Below, one piece after another: positions 27,344-37,622 of a DNA stretch of 64,000 nt. The notes beneath the pieces are model-generated. The model was not told the DNA's origin. It ran no database searches and saw nothing but the letters and a program-made list of their open reading frames with translations. The DNA is taken from assembly GCA_963706325.1 (NCBI GenBank), contig CAVPLT010000005.1, positions 192,001 through 256,000 of the forward strand. The letters are read 5' to 3'. A program made the translations under genes and the position numbers. Positions within the stretch are counted from its first letter, which is position 1. Every line of letters starts with the position of its first letter. Source of the stretch: an uncultured Nitrospiraceae bacterium. GTDB taxonomy: Bacteria > Nitrospirota > Nitrospiria > Nitrospirales > Nitrospiraceae.

Positions 27344-30013
27344 ATGGATCTAATTACGACCCACCTGAATGCGGACTTCGACGGCTTAGCCTCCATGGTC
27401 GCCGCCCGGAAGTTGTATCCCGGAGCGGTGCTGGCATTTCCTGGCGGTGCGCAGGAGGCGGTGCGAAATTTTCTTGCCGCACATGAGGTGAACATCAGCC
27501 GCCTCAAAGACGTCGCTTTCGATCAGGTGCGACGGTTGATACTGGTGGATGTTGAAGAGCCGGATCGTCTTGGCCCATTAAAAGTTCTCAGTTCGCGAGC
27601 GGACGTAGAGGTACATATTTACGATCATCATGGAGTGATTGAGTCTGGTGAGGGATCACGCTCACCCCAATGGCCCCTGGTCACGCAGCGGGACGTGCAA
27701 GCGGTCGGCGCCACAACGACCTTGCTCATCGAGAGATTGAAAGAGCAGAACATAGCCGTCACGGCTTCTGAAGCCACAATCCTTGCGCTGGGTCTGTACG
27801 AAGAAACAGGCTCATTTACCTATCCATCGACGACCCCACGCGATGTGGAGGCTGCGGTGTTTGTGTTGCGCGCGGGCGCCGATTTGAATGTCGTGGCGGA
27901 GACGCTGCGACATCCTCTGGACCCCGAGCTGATCGCGCTGCTGAATGACCTGCTGCAATCAGGGAAGGTCTATTATCTAGAGGGCCGCAAAATTCTTATG
28001 GCGTCCAGCACGTATGACCTCTATCGCGGTGATTTGGCTGAAGCCGTACAGCGTTTGGCAGAGTTGGAGGGCCTCGACGCGGTCATCGCCGCCATTGGAC
28101 TGGATGAAAAGGTTGAAATTATCGGGCGGAGCCGGCGGCCGGAAATCGATGTCGCGTGGATCGCACGCGAATTCGGCGGAGGCGGCCATGCCGTGGCCGC
28201 AGCTGCCAGCGTCAAAGGCCGGACGCTGGTGGAAGTTCGGGAACAATTGAACAGTCTGTTGATCCAGCGATACCGCCCCGCATTGTCGGCACGGGAGATC
28301 ATGACCACGCCGGTGAAATCGATTGCCGGGGATGCGACGATTTCTGAAGCGGAGCGGACTATGACGACATACGGAGTGAACGTCTTGCCCGTTATGGACA
28401 AGCAGGAACGGTATGTCGGAATCCTTTCGCGTGAGATCGTTCAGAAAGCGCTGTTCCATCGATTGGGAGATCAGCCGATCGGAGACTTCGCCAGAAGCGA
28501 CCAGTATCATGCTTATCCTGATACGCCGTTTCATGAGATCGAAGCGCGGATGATCGAACTGAATCAGCGTTTTGTTCCCGTGCTGTTGGGCGAAAAAGCG
28601 GTGGGTGTGATCACGCGGACGGATGTGCTCCGCAGCCTCCACGACGATGTGCTCGCCGATGCTCGCGCCATGCCGAAATCACTCATGGGGTTAGAGGCCT
28701 TGGGTGGGGTGCGACGACGCGATGTCGCCGGTCTGCTGCGTGACCGGCTACCCCCTGCCATGGTGCATGTGTTGCGGACCGCCGGGGAGTTGGCGGAGCG
28801 CCTTGGTTGTTCGGCCTACGTCGTTGGAGGGTTTGTGAGGGACCTGCTGCTCGACCTCGACAACCTCGACGTTGACCTGGTGGTTGAAGGCGACGGGATC
28901 GCATTTGCCCGCGCCTTGGCCAGGGATAACGGTGGCCGTGTCACTGTTCACGAGCGTTTTGGAACAGCAATGGTGCTCTTTCCAGACGGATTCAAGCTGG
29001 ACGTGGCGACGGCCCGCACAGAATACTATGAGTATCCGACCGCCTTGCCGACGGTCGAACAGAGTTCCATTAAGAAGGATCTCTACCGCCGGGATTTTAC
29101 CATTAATACGCTGGCTGTCAGGCTAAATCCTCTCGTATTCGGTCAGCTCCTCGACTTCTATGGAGGCCAGCGTGATCTTAAGGAGCGCATTATCCGAGTA
29201 CTCCACAGTTTGAGTTTCGTAGAGGACCCGACGCGAGTCTTTCGCGCGATTCGATTCGAACTGCGTTTCGGTTTTCGTTTAGGTAAGGAGACGTTGGCCT
29301 TGATCAAGGGCGCGGTCAAAATGGAATTGTTCCATCGACTCTCCGGCCAGCGATTGTTGGATGAACTACGCTGTGTGTTTTCTGAGAGAACGCCTCGACA
29401 TGCTGTTCGCCGATTGGCGGATCTCGATCTCTTGCGGTTCATTCACCCGAAGCTGGTCTGGTCGAACCGTCTGGACCGACGCTTGATTGAGGTGGAGGAG
29501 GCGTTGGATTGGTACAGGCTCTCTTGTCTTGATCGAGCACTGAGCCGGTGGCTTGTTTATGCCATGGCATTGGCCGAGGTGTTGCCAGAGCCCGCCGTCC
29601 AGGATTTGCTCGCACGGTTTCCAGTCGCAGAAAGGGAGCGCCGGGCGATCACCGCCGCACGGTTCACCACGCGGCACGTTTGCCGACAACTGAGCCGACG
29701 TTCGCCTCTTCGCCCGTCCGAGACGGTCCGATTGCTCGCCGGCTTGTCCGACGAAGTCCTCGTCTTTCTATTAGCCAAGAATGCATCCGAGTCAGCCAAA
29801 CGCCAAATTGTCGCCTACCTCACAACCTATCGAACCATCAAACCTGCGCTGACAGGGACCGAGCTGAAAACACTGGGTGTGCCCGCAGGCCCACAGTACA
29901 GCAAAATCCTGACGCGGTTGACCCAGGCACGGTTGGATGGCGAAGTGACGAGTGAGACGGAGGAACGAGAGCTGGTCAAACAAATCGTAGATCGGGACTG
30001 CGAGAGATCGTAG
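27344..30013 (+). CDS. DHH + CBS + poly(A) polymerase/tRNA nucleotidyltransferase (probable A-adding enzyme)
   Basis: HLNADFDG, YDHH, GGGGH (DHH/DHHA1); two CBS domains; VGGFVRDLLL, DVD, RRDFTIN, EDPTR. Confidence 0.92.
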   Translation: MDLITTHLNADFDGLASMVAARKLYPGAVLAFPGGAQEAVRNFLAAHEVNISRLKDVAFDQVRRLILVDVEEPDRLGPLKVLSSRADVEVHIYDHHGVIESGEGSRSPQWPLVTQRDVQAVGATTTLLIERLKEQNIAVTASEATILALGLYEETGSFTYPSTTPRDVEAAVFVLRAGADLNVVAETLRHPLDPELIALLNDLLQSGKVYYLEGRKILMASSTYDLYRGDLAEAVQRLAELEGLDAVIAAIGLDEKVEIIGRSRRPEIDVAWIAREFGGGGHAVAAAASVKGRTLVEVREQLNSLLIQRYRPALSAREIMTTPVKSIAGDATISEAERTMTTYGVNVLPVMDKQERYVGILSREIVQKALFHRLGDQPIGDFARSDQYHAYPDTPFHEIEARMIELNQRFVPVLLGEKAVGVITRTDVLRSLHDDVLADARAMPKSLMGLEALGGVRRRDVAGLLRDRLPPAMVHVLRTAGELAERLGCSAYVVGGFVRDLLLDLDNLDVDLVVEGDGIAFARALARDNGGRVTVHERFGTAMVLFPDGFKLDVATARTEYYEYPTALPTVEQSSIKKDLYRRDFTINTLAVRLNPLVFGQLLDFYGGQRDLKERIIRVLHSLSFVEDPTRVFRAIRFELRFGFRLGKETLALIKGAVKMELFHRLSGQRLLDELRCVFSERTPRHAVRRLADLDLLRFIHPKLVWSNRLDRRLIEVEEALDWYRLSCLDRALSRWLVYAMALAEVLPEPAVQDLLARFPVAERERRAITAARFTTRHVCRQLSRRSPLRPSETVRLLAGLSDEVLVFLLAKNASESAKRQIVAYLTTYRTIKPALTGTELKTLGVPAGPQYSKILTRLTQARLDGEVTSETEERELVKQIVDRDCERS

Positions 30014-30119
30014 ATCTCGCTTCTCTTACAAGATGAATGTTGAGACTGGGTCAGTCACGCCAGATGGAGGATGTGCGGTGGTAATCGGGAGGAGCGATTC
30101 CAGTTACACGGCTGGAGGA

Positions 30120-30320
30120 TCAAGCTAAAGGCTCAACCGGCTCGAGTTCGTCCAGTGTCTCGACAGAACGAGCGTCTTTCCCCATCGCGGCGGTGATACC
30201 GTCATAGACGAAGCGAGCCGCGTCCGACCACTTTGGATTAAATGGGCGACCGCTAAAAGCAGCCTCGGCCGCTTTTTTCTCATCGTGGGTAATCTGTCGA
30301 GGAGTTAAGGTGCTGTCCAT
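30120..30320 (-). CDS. Small hypothetical protein (66 aa)
   Basis: MDSTLTPRQITHDEKKAAEAAFSGRPFNPKWS...; sigma70-like promoter immediately upstream. Confidence 0.65.
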   Translation of the reverse strand: MDSTLTPRQITHDEKKAAEAAFSGRPFNPKWSDAARFVYDGITAAMGKDARSVETLDELEPVEPLA

Positions 30321-30327
30321 AAGAATA

Positions 30328-30355
30328 AGAATAGATCGCTTCAGTGCATTGTCAA
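30328..30355 (-). promoter_or_regulatory. Sigma70 promoter (leaderless arrangement)
   Basis: TTGACA-N16-TATTCT-N7-ATG on the minus strand. Confidence 0.55.
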
Positions 30356-30385
30356 GGACCCTACAAAGCGAGGTGATCAATTTCC

Positions 30386-31010
30386 CTAGAGAAACGCCCT
30401 CACGTCTGATGCTGCAAGCGGTAGCAGGCGGTTCAGTTGAGCGAAGGTCGACCCCCAAAAGGTCCGCGGTCTTGCCCAAGTACGGGCGACAAACGGGAGG
30501 CTGTTGCCGAGGCGCAATTGCGCCTCGAGCGAGTTATCGTCGGCGATCTTTGTTGTGAGTGTGGCATACCCTCCGGTTGTCTGGCAATCTGCCATAAGCA
30601 AAATCGGCTGTCGATCGGCTTCCACGTATCAGGGCTCCATCGATTCCGCAGGCTAGGATGATAGAGACGTGTGCGTCCTATCGTCACAGGCCAAAATGCA
30701 GTCGGTTCCTGCCGGTATGGCGACCCCAGTCCACAGTGGAAGCGCACGGCCGTTGCTGGTTGAGGAAAGGTCTGCGCCGGTTATGGCAATGACACCGCCT
30801 GTTTGAAAAACAGTTCCGGTCCTCGGATCGTAAGTTCCAATCCAGCGGCATTTTCAGGGTTGCCGAGCAAAAGATTCCCGGCTACGAGGGCCCAGCGATC
30901 CATGGCGCCGCTGACCCAGTCGCCAAAGCGTTGATAGCCGTAGCGACCCAAGTCCTTGATTGTCATCAACAGACTGGGGTGCAGGACCTGGATGCATGGC
31001 GGATCAGATG
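30386..31010 (-). pseudogene. pxpC: 5-oxoprolinase subunit C (PxpC/AHS2/KipA family) remnant
   Basis: Fragments in different frames: TIKDLGRYGYQRFG..SGAMD..GNLLLGN..LELT; IAITGADLS..NGRALPLW; QPILLMADCQTTGGY..AQLR. About 620 bp for a gene normally near 1 kb. Confidence 0.8.
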
Positions 31011-31783
31011 GCCTGGTCCAATCGCACCACAACAGTCCTCCCATCATCATCAAACATCGTCCGCAACGCATGCGCCAGTCGCAGGGAGTCCGGAATGTCG
31101 CCGTGTAGACGGAGGGTGTCGATGCGGAGGTGCAGTAACGTGCCATCGATGGCTGGGATCGTTCCGTCGTGAATCAGCGAGTGCGCGCGGGAGACGACCG
31201 TCGATTCGTCATGAATCAGGGCGCCTTCCTGATCGCGTGGGACCAGTTGAGCGTCGGCACTATAGGCCCGGTCGGCAAATCCCTCGGCGGCGACGGCCAG
31301 GCCTCGTGCTTCTCCGGCAGAAAGAAGTTCGGATCCGGCAAATCCGACGAGGATCAACCTGCGATCGATCTGTTCTACGCTTGCAGCAACGGCGTCGGCG
31401 ATGGTGCGGTCGCGCGCGGCCATATTGTAGAGCGCCCCGTGTGGCTTGACATGTGTGAGTCGAAGGCCCTCAGCCTGACAGATAGCCATCAACTCGCTGA
31501 CCTGTGACAGAACCAGCTCTCGCAGCCATTCCTGGGACAACCGCTGTTCGCGACGGCCACGCGCGTCTCGGTCCGGCAGTCCGGGGTGCGCCCCGATCGC
31601 CAGGTCATGTTGCTGCGCGAGTTGTACGGTACGTCGTATCAGTGAGCCATTCCCTGCATGCGTGCCGCAGGCGATATTCACAGATGTTACATACGCCATG
31701 AGGCGTGCCTCTACATCCAGCTGCTCCGGCGTGGTCGCTTCTCCTAGATCGCAATTCAGGTCGATGGAACGTGGGTGATTCAT
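31004..31783 (-). CDS. pxpA: 5-oxoprolinase subunit A (LamB/YcsF family)
   Basis: IDLNCDLGE, NIACGTHAG, GAHPG, HVKPHGALYN, EGFADRAY, DTLRLHGD. Confidence 0.88.
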   Translation of the reverse strand: MNHPRSIDLNCDLGEATTPEQLDVEARLMAYVTSVNIACGTHAGNGSLIRRTVQLAQQHDLAIGAHPGLPDRDARGRREQRLSQEWLRELVLSQVSELMAICQAEGLRLTHVKPHGALYNMAARDRTIADAVAASVEQIDRRLILVGFAGSELLSAGEARGLAVAAEGFADRAYSADAQLVPRDQEGALIHDESTVVSRAHSLIHDGTIPAIDGTLLHLRIDTLRLHGDIPDSLRLAHALRTMFDDDGRTVVVRLDQAI

Positions 31784-32049
31784 CTGTGGTCCGAAGAAAG
31801 GTTCCGGAAGCTCTCCACGTCGGGAGGAAAAACGTGCGCCTGGTTTTGAGCTGCGACCAGAAATGGCGTCCAGCAGCAAGTCACAAGGCGCCGGATGGAG
31901 GAAAATGGAATTGATGGCCGCGTCCACGAGTCTCAGTCACGCGACGTTTCTCCCCAAGGAACTATGCTGGTGCTGCGCAAGGCTACGGGGGAGAAATTAC
32001 CTTGTCAAGATGAACGCCGCAAAGCGGACATGGTATAGTCCCCTCCACT

Positions 32050-32688
32050 ATGCCTCGGGTGGATTATTATCGTGTCCTCGGTGTTGCGCGCGACGTCACC
32101 GACGACGACATCAAAAAAGCCTACCGGAAACTCGTTTTCCAGCATCATCCCGACCGTAATCCGCACAACACCAAAGCCGGCGAAAAAATCCGGGAGATCA
32201 ACTCGGCTTACGAGGTCTTGGGTGATTCGGAGAGCCGGCGCACCTATGACCGGTTGCATTGGGGCGAGGAGCCGAGAAACGAAGCTGTCGACCCATCTTT
32301 CTTTCTCGATGAGATGGAGAAGAAGCTCTTCGATGAAGGACGCAAAGAGGTCTTCGCCGTTCTCATGACGATGCTGCCGAGAGTGAAAGCGGAACTCGCG
32401 ACGGTCCGCGAACGTACCGTTGCGCATCAAGGGTATGACTCGTTCAAAGTCCCCATTGTGGAGGAGCGTGCGGCTGAGGTGATGGATGAATTCGTCACCC
32501 TGGAGATGGAAACGCGCAAGCAGCGTCTGCTCGAAGTGGCGATTCAGATGATGGTGTCGCAGTCTGTTGTGGCGCGAGGGGATGAGGGCGGTATTCGCGC
32601 GCTTCGAGGCCAGCTGGAGGAGGCGTTTCGAAAAGGCCGTATCAAAGGTTTCATCGTTGCACTGGAGTTGCTGTACGAACGGCGCTAA
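32050..32688 (+). CDS. J-domain (DnaJ-like) protein
   Basis: DYYRVLGV, IKKAYRKL, HPD motif, AYEVLGD. Confidence 0.9.
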   Translation: MPRVDYYRVLGVARDVTDDDIKKAYRKLVFQHHPDRNPHNTKAGEKIREINSAYEVLGDSESRRTYDRLHWGEEPRNEAVDPSFFLDEMEKKLFDEGRKEVFAVLMTMLPRVKAELATVRERTVAHQGYDSFKVPIVEERAAEVMDEFVTLEMETRKQRLLEVAIQMMVSQSVVARGDEGGIRALRGQLEEAFRKGRIKGFIVALELLYERR

Positions 32689-32749
32689 GCGGTGAGGGTG
32701 CAGATTGATGCGCGACCAGGTCAATAAGAGCCCGCTCACCTGTCACGCT

Positions 32750-33958
32750 TCACGTGTAGGAGAGGGGACCGGCCACGAATCGCCCGCGTTGCATCACTCC
32801 CGCGATCTGCTCTCTTTTTAGCAACCGCCCGATATTCCTGAGCGGATTGCCTTCCACAAACAATAGATCGGCCTGCTTTCCCGCTGCGATTGTACCGATG
32901 TCCTGATCGATGCCCAGCAACCGCGCCGCAGCTGAAGTGGTGGTCATAATCGCCTCCATCGGAGTCATTCCCAATGCAACCATCCGTTCCAATTCCTGCG
33001 CATTCTCCCCGTGCTGGTTGAAGGGAGTTCCCGCATCCGTGCCGAGCGCAATAGGGACGCCTCGTCGCACGGCCGCTCGGAAGCTTTTTTCATGCCGATT
33101 CACCATGTTCCTGGCTTTGGTGCGAGCGCTGTCGGGAATGCCGCAGCCAACGGGACAGGCCGCGGTGGTGGCGAGAGCGGACAATGTTGGTACCATGAAG
33201 ACGCCGCGTTGCGTCATCATTTCTGCTGCCTCGTCGTCCATGAGCGTGGCATGTTCAATGGAATGGACGCCGGCACGCAACGCATTTTTCATCCCGCTGG
33301 CTCCATGGGCATGTGCGGCCACATGACGGCCATTCGCTACGGCGACTTCCACGGCAGCCGTCAGTTCTTCGATGGTCATCTGGGCCTCATCCGGTGACGT
33401 GCCAGGAGTGAGCACACCTCCGGATGCGATCAGCTTGATGACCTCAGCGCCTGCAGCGAGCTGATCCCGCACCGCCGCTCGAACGGCTTCAACTCCAGAC
33501 GCTTCGCGACCGATAAACCGGGCGTGACCGCCGGGCATGCAGATCGCGAGGCCCGCGGCAAGAATACGAGGCCCGGGAGTCGTGCCGGACTTGATGGCCT
33601 GTTTCAAGGCAAAGACGGCATGGTCGCGAAACCCCACATCTCGGACTGTCGTAAACCCGGCCTGGAGGGTGCGGCGTGCCGACTCAGCCGCTTTCAGCAA
33701 GGTGAGGGTGGAGGAATCTCGCTCTACAGCCGCCACCACATCCGCTTCCGCCCCCAAACACAAATGAACGTGACAATCGATCAGGCCGGGAAGGACCGTC
33801 AGTCCTCGTCCATCGATCCGTTGGGCTCCTTTGGGAGGCCGGATGTCCCGGTCCGAACCGACCGCCACGATGCGTGCACCTTCGATCACAAGAGTGCCTC
33901 GCTCAAGGCGATGACCCAGACCATCCAGAATTCGCACCTGCCGAAGCGCGATGGTCAT
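32750..33958 (-). CDS. Amidohydrolase family protein (metal-dependent, Xaa-Pro dipeptidase-like)
   Basis: PGLIDCHVH, GFTTVRD, VIKLIASGG, AHAHG, SIEH, GTDAG. Confidence 0.9.
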   Translation of the reverse strand: MTIALRQVRILDGLGHRLERGTLVIEGARIVAVGSDRDIRPPKGAQRIDGRGLTVLPGLIDCHVHLCLGAEADVVAAVERDSSTLTLLKAAESARRTLQAGFTTVRDVGFRDHAVFALKQAIKSGTTPGPRILAAGLAICMPGGHARFIGREASGVEAVRAAVRDQLAAGAEVIKLIASGGVLTPGTSPDEAQMTIEELTAAVEVAVANGRHVAAHAHGASGMKNALRAGVHSIEHATLMDDEAAEMMTQRGVFMVPTLSALATTAACPVGCGIPDSARTKARNMVNRHEKSFRAAVRRGVPIALGTDAGTPFNQHGENAQELERMVALGMTPMEAIMTTTSAAARLLGIDQDIGTIAAGKQADLLFVEGNPLRNIGRLLKREQIAGVMQRGRFVAGPLSYT

Positions 33959-34557
33959 GGCGTCTTACTGATAGGGATGGTGACGATGATGCCGCCCATG
34001 ATGTCATTGAGCGCATAGTCACGGCGCGGGCTGTTGGCGTGACTATTGTGACAGGAGACGCAGCTCTCGGACACCGCCCGGTCGGCGTAGATACCTTGGA
34101 AATAGCGGACACCAGCCTGTTGATAGAAACCGGTGAACGGTTTGTCGGGAGTCTTCATGACCGCCTCCAGCCCGCGCCGTTCGAAATCGCTGTTGGGACC
34201 ATTCCACACATAGATCGGTGTGAGGCTGGCAAGTCGAAAACTAAGTTTGAGATCTTTTTGCGCCACCAATCGGCCGGATTCGAGTAGGAATTGGGCCGGC
34301 AAAGGAAGGCCTTTTTCTTCCTTCCAATGTTCCAGCGCTTCGACCACGCCTTGATTGTGCAGTTTGTCGACGACGTTCTGTGTGTAATTGGCACGATTCG
34401 CATCGATCACGGCTTGAATGAAGCCGGTGACGCGTTCGGGTGCCACCATATCCGCGCGATGGGATTCAGCCACCGCGAGAGCGATGACCCAATAGGTGAT
34501 GGCGGCCACGAAGCCCGCAACCCCGGCGGCCACAATCCATAACCCGCTTCGACTCAT
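33955..34557 (-). CDS. Membrane-anchored DUF3365 (Tll0287-like) c-type heme protein
   Basis: N-terminal TM helix; LPLPAQF, NGPNSDFE, CVSCH heme motif, DIMGGI. Confidence 0.85.
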   Translation of the reverse strand: MSRSGLWIVAAGVAGFVAAITYWVIALAVAESHRADMVAPERVTGFIQAVIDANRANYTQNVVDKLHNQGVVEALEHWKEEKGLPLPAQFLLESGRLVAQKDLKLSFRLASLTPIYVWNGPNSDFERRGLEAVMKTPDKPFTGFYQQAGVRYFQGIYADRAVSESCVSCHNSHANSPRRDYALNDIMGGIIVTIPISKTP

Positions 34558-35768
34558 GCGCTCCTCCTCGCCGACCGCTGTGAACCGGTATATATTTCAA
34601 CTGCTGCTTCAACCGCCCGCCCAGGATGCGTCAGCCGCCCCTTATCAGTAAAGATCTCTTCCAGTACGTTCAGGAATGTCAGGACATGGGCTTGCTGGCA
34701 GGATTCGCCCATGAGGCCGATGCGCCATACTCGTCCTCGCAGGGGTCCAAGCCCTCCGCCGATTTCAATGCCATAGTCTTTCAACAGCCGTGCCCTGACC
34801 ATCGCATCGTCCATCCAGTCCGGTAGCGTGACACAATTGAGCATCGGGAGTCGATGGCCGGCAGGGGGAAGGGGGTTCAGGTCCAGCGTCTGCAGTCCGG
34901 CCATCAAGGCGTTACTGTTGAGTTGATGGCGAGCTATGCGGGTTCCAAGCCCTTCCTCCTGCACGAGCCGCAGGGCTTCCCGTAGTCCATAGAGCATCGA
35001 GATCGGTGCGGTGTGGTGATAGGCGCGGGTCCGATCGGCCCAATACTCAGCGATCAGAGAGAGATCAAGGTACCAACTGTGACAGGCAGTCTGCCGCTGG
35101 TGGATGCTATGGACTGCTCGCGAGCTCAGGGTGAGCGGAGCGAGTCCGGGCGGACAGCTCAGGCACTTTTGGGTGCCGCTATAACAGGCATCGATCCCCC
35201 AGGCATCGACTTCTACGGGAACACCTCCGAGCGAGGTCACGGCGTCAACGATCAATAATGCATCGTGTGTATGGCACAGGGCTCCTACTTCGTCCAACGG
35301 TTGCCAGGCGCCGGTCGATGTTTCTGCATGGACTAGAATCACGGCTTTCACCGGAGCTGAACGTGCGAGTTGGTCCTGCAGTACATCGAGAGGAATCGTC
35401 GTTCCCCAGGGTACCTCGATGCGGAAGGCTGTGCCACCGCTCCGTTCGACCATGGTCGCCAGCCGGGAACCGAAGACACCGTTGACGCCCACGATTGCAC
35501 GATCGCCGGGCTCGATCAGATTCGCGATGACGGCCTCCATCCCGGCGGAGCCGGTTCCGGACAGCGCGATGGTGAATTCGTTCTGAGTCCGGAACGTTGC
35601 TCGAAGCAACGTTTGGATCTCATCCATGAGGCCCAGGAATACCGGGTCGAGGTGGCCGAGTAACGGCAGCGAGAGCGCATGCAAGACACGCGGGTGTATC
35701 AGGCTTGGGCCTGGACCCATGAGCAGTCGATGCGGGGGAATGAAGTCTTGGTACAACGTCGTACTCAT
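34554..35768 (-). CDS. Alanine-glyoxylate / serine-pyruvate aminotransferase family (class V PLP)
   Basis: LLMGPGPS, SGTGSAGME, HAETSTG, DAVTSLGG, YSGTQKCLSCPPG, YHHT, WRIGLMG. Confidence 0.92.
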   Translation of the reverse strand: MSTTLYQDFIPPHRLLMGPGPSLIHPRVLHALSLPLLGHLDPVFLGLMDEIQTLLRATFRTQNEFTIALSGTGSAGMEAVIANLIEPGDRAIVGVNGVFGSRLATMVERSGGTAFRIEVPWGTTIPLDVLQDQLARSAPVKAVILVHAETSTGAWQPLDEVGALCHTHDALLIVDAVTSLGGVPVEVDAWGIDACYSGTQKCLSCPPGLAPLTLSSRAVHSIHQRQTACHSWYLDLSLIAEYWADRTRAYHHTAPISMLYGLREALRLVQEEGLGTRIARHQLNSNALMAGLQTLDLNPLPPAGHRLPMLNCVTLPDWMDDAMVRARLLKDYGIEIGGGLGPLRGRVWRIGLMGESCQQAHVLTFLNVLEEIFTDKGRLTHPGRAVEAAVEIYTGSQRSARRSA

Positions 35769-36019
35769 TATATGAATTGATCGTCGGCCGGCTTCATCGT
35801 GGCTTGCCCGCGCCGAGGGACAGTATAACGAAACGGGGTGGGATTCGGCCATGGGCTTGTCGGTCGGTTCGTGCGGTGACCTGCTTTCTTTGTGAGATTT
35901 CTCGCCGGAGGTCGATTCAGTTTCGCCTCTCGAAAGGCCGATAGTATATACTCCGGCGCTCGCGAGGATTTCGTGGAGACGTACCAACCCATTCTATCGA
36001 CTTCCCATGAGGCGCGGCG

Positions 36020-37465
36020 TTGACTCCCGTCGTGGGCGCGCCGCCGCCGCGGTATCCGTACAACCCTGACTTTTCACGGGCGATCACATGGCTGTCTGCG
36101 GTGGTGCTTTCTGCATCGATTGCGGTGGTCGCATGGCTATCTTTCGATGTCCCCCGTGTGGATCGAGTGCCTGATGCCGAACGCGCACTTGCCCATATGG
36201 TAGGCCGCTTAATGGATTTAGGAGAAGGCCTCAAGACTCTCCCCATCTGGGAGCAGTTTCTCTATGAAGTCACAATGGGCAGCGATGCTAACGATCGGGC
36301 TCAGGCGATCGACTGGTATCGCGAGCTGGCCGAGGAGTCGCCCGATCCATTGGTGGATTTACATTTGGCGATCCTAGAAGGCGAAGCCGGGCGTCTTCAG
36401 GATGTCCAGGATAAAGTTGTCCGATGGGGGCGGCAGAGCGCGCCCTACCCGCTATTTGCCAGGTTTGTTCAAGCCGGGTATATCGACGGCCACACGTCTC
36501 CCACCTCTGCCTTCGACTTGCAGGCTCACCTCGCGGAGCAGCCGCTTACTGGTTGGTTCTACAGCCGTCTGGCCATGCGTATTGCAGAGCGGTCAGGGGA
36601 CCGGCCGTTATTGGCGACGATTGAAGCCTCCTCTCAGCAACGAGGGGAGGCGTTATTGTGGCGGTCCCGCGCCTTTGCCGCTCTCGAATCGGCGCTCATG
36701 GCCCTGGGCCTGCTGGTGTTGGTGTGGTGGATCGGGCAAGGGAACCGCGCGGCCCTGTTTCGTGTGGGCTCTGCCGAGCTGCCGCCCTTGTGGGCGGGCC
36801 GGCTGGCGGTGGGTGTCTTACTACGTGGAGGCGCCGTCGGTGCGCTGCTCACCGTGGCATTTCTCTTTACCGGGATCGAGTATCCATCCTTACGGGTTTT
36901 AGCCGTGCCATTATCGAATCTGCCTCTCTTGGCGCTGGCATACTACCATCTGTTTCGACCGCAACGACAGACATTGTGGTCAGGGTTCGGGTTGCGCGTT
37001 GACCCGCGGCACCTGGGACGTTTAGGACTCGCCGTTCTCGCGGTTGTGGCCTGTGGACTCGTCGGCGAGTGGGCGATGGGCCGGATCGCGGAGCCGTTGA
37101 ATCTGGTCAGCCATTGGACCGAGTGGTTCGATGCCGATTTGGTGTGGGGTGCGCCGTCAACGCTCGCTGTCAGTCTGATGGAATATGTACTGTTCGCGCC
37201 GGTCTTCGAAGAACTGGCGTTTCGAGGCTTGTTGTTCGGCCTTCTCCGACGCCGGTATCAGTGGTGGCCTGCTGCCATGCTCAGCGCGGCGTTATTCGCC
37301 CTCGCGCATGGCTATGGGTTGATCGGCTTCCTCAGTGTGTTTTGGAGCGGGCTCATTTGGGCCTGGGCCTACGAACGAACCGGCAGTTTATGGCCGGGGA
37401 TCATCGGCCACGCCATCAACAACCTCCTTGTCTGTCTGAGTGTGATGGCCCTGCTGCGAAGCTAG
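36020..37465 (+). CDS. CPBP-family (CAAX/Abi) intramembrane metalloprotease with large N-terminal domain
   Basis: EELAFRG, FALAH, HAINN; multiple TM segments. Confidence 0.88.
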   Translation: MTPVVGAPPPRYPYNPDFSRAITWLSAVVLSASIAVVAWLSFDVPRVDRVPDAERALAHMVGRLMDLGEGLKTLPIWEQFLYEVTMGSDANDRAQAIDWYRELAEESPDPLVDLHLAILEGEAGRLQDVQDKVVRWGRQSAPYPLFARFVQAGYIDGHTSPTSAFDLQAHLAEQPLTGWFYSRLAMRIAERSGDRPLLATIEASSQQRGEALLWRSRAFAALESALMALGLLVLVWWIGQGNRAALFRVGSAELPPLWAGRLAVGVLLRGGAVGALLTVAFLFTGIEYPSLRVLAVPLSNLPLLALAYYHLFRPQRQTLWSGFGLRVDPRHLGRLGLAVLAVVACGLVGEWAMGRIAEPLNLVSHWTEWFDADLVWGAPSTLAVSLMEYVLFAPVFEELAFRGLLFGLLRRRYQWWPAAMLSAALFALAHGYGLIGFLSVFWSGLIWAWAYERTGSLWPGIIGHAINNLLVCLSVMALLRS

Positions 37466-37622
37466 CGAGGTGACTTTTCTGATCAAGTTCGCGCTGCCTT
37501 CGTCACCGACCGTCGCCCGCCCCTAATCACCCTGGTCATAGATGCTCGATCCTGCGACCCCCTGGCGGTGTCAGGAGCAAGGGGAGTCGTGCGTTATCCC
37601 ATGTCGAGCCGACGACCGTGAC

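Noticed and set aside
36020..37465. Abortive-infection defence gene
   Set aside because: 'Abi' here is the CPBP/CAAX protease family name; no defence-island context.
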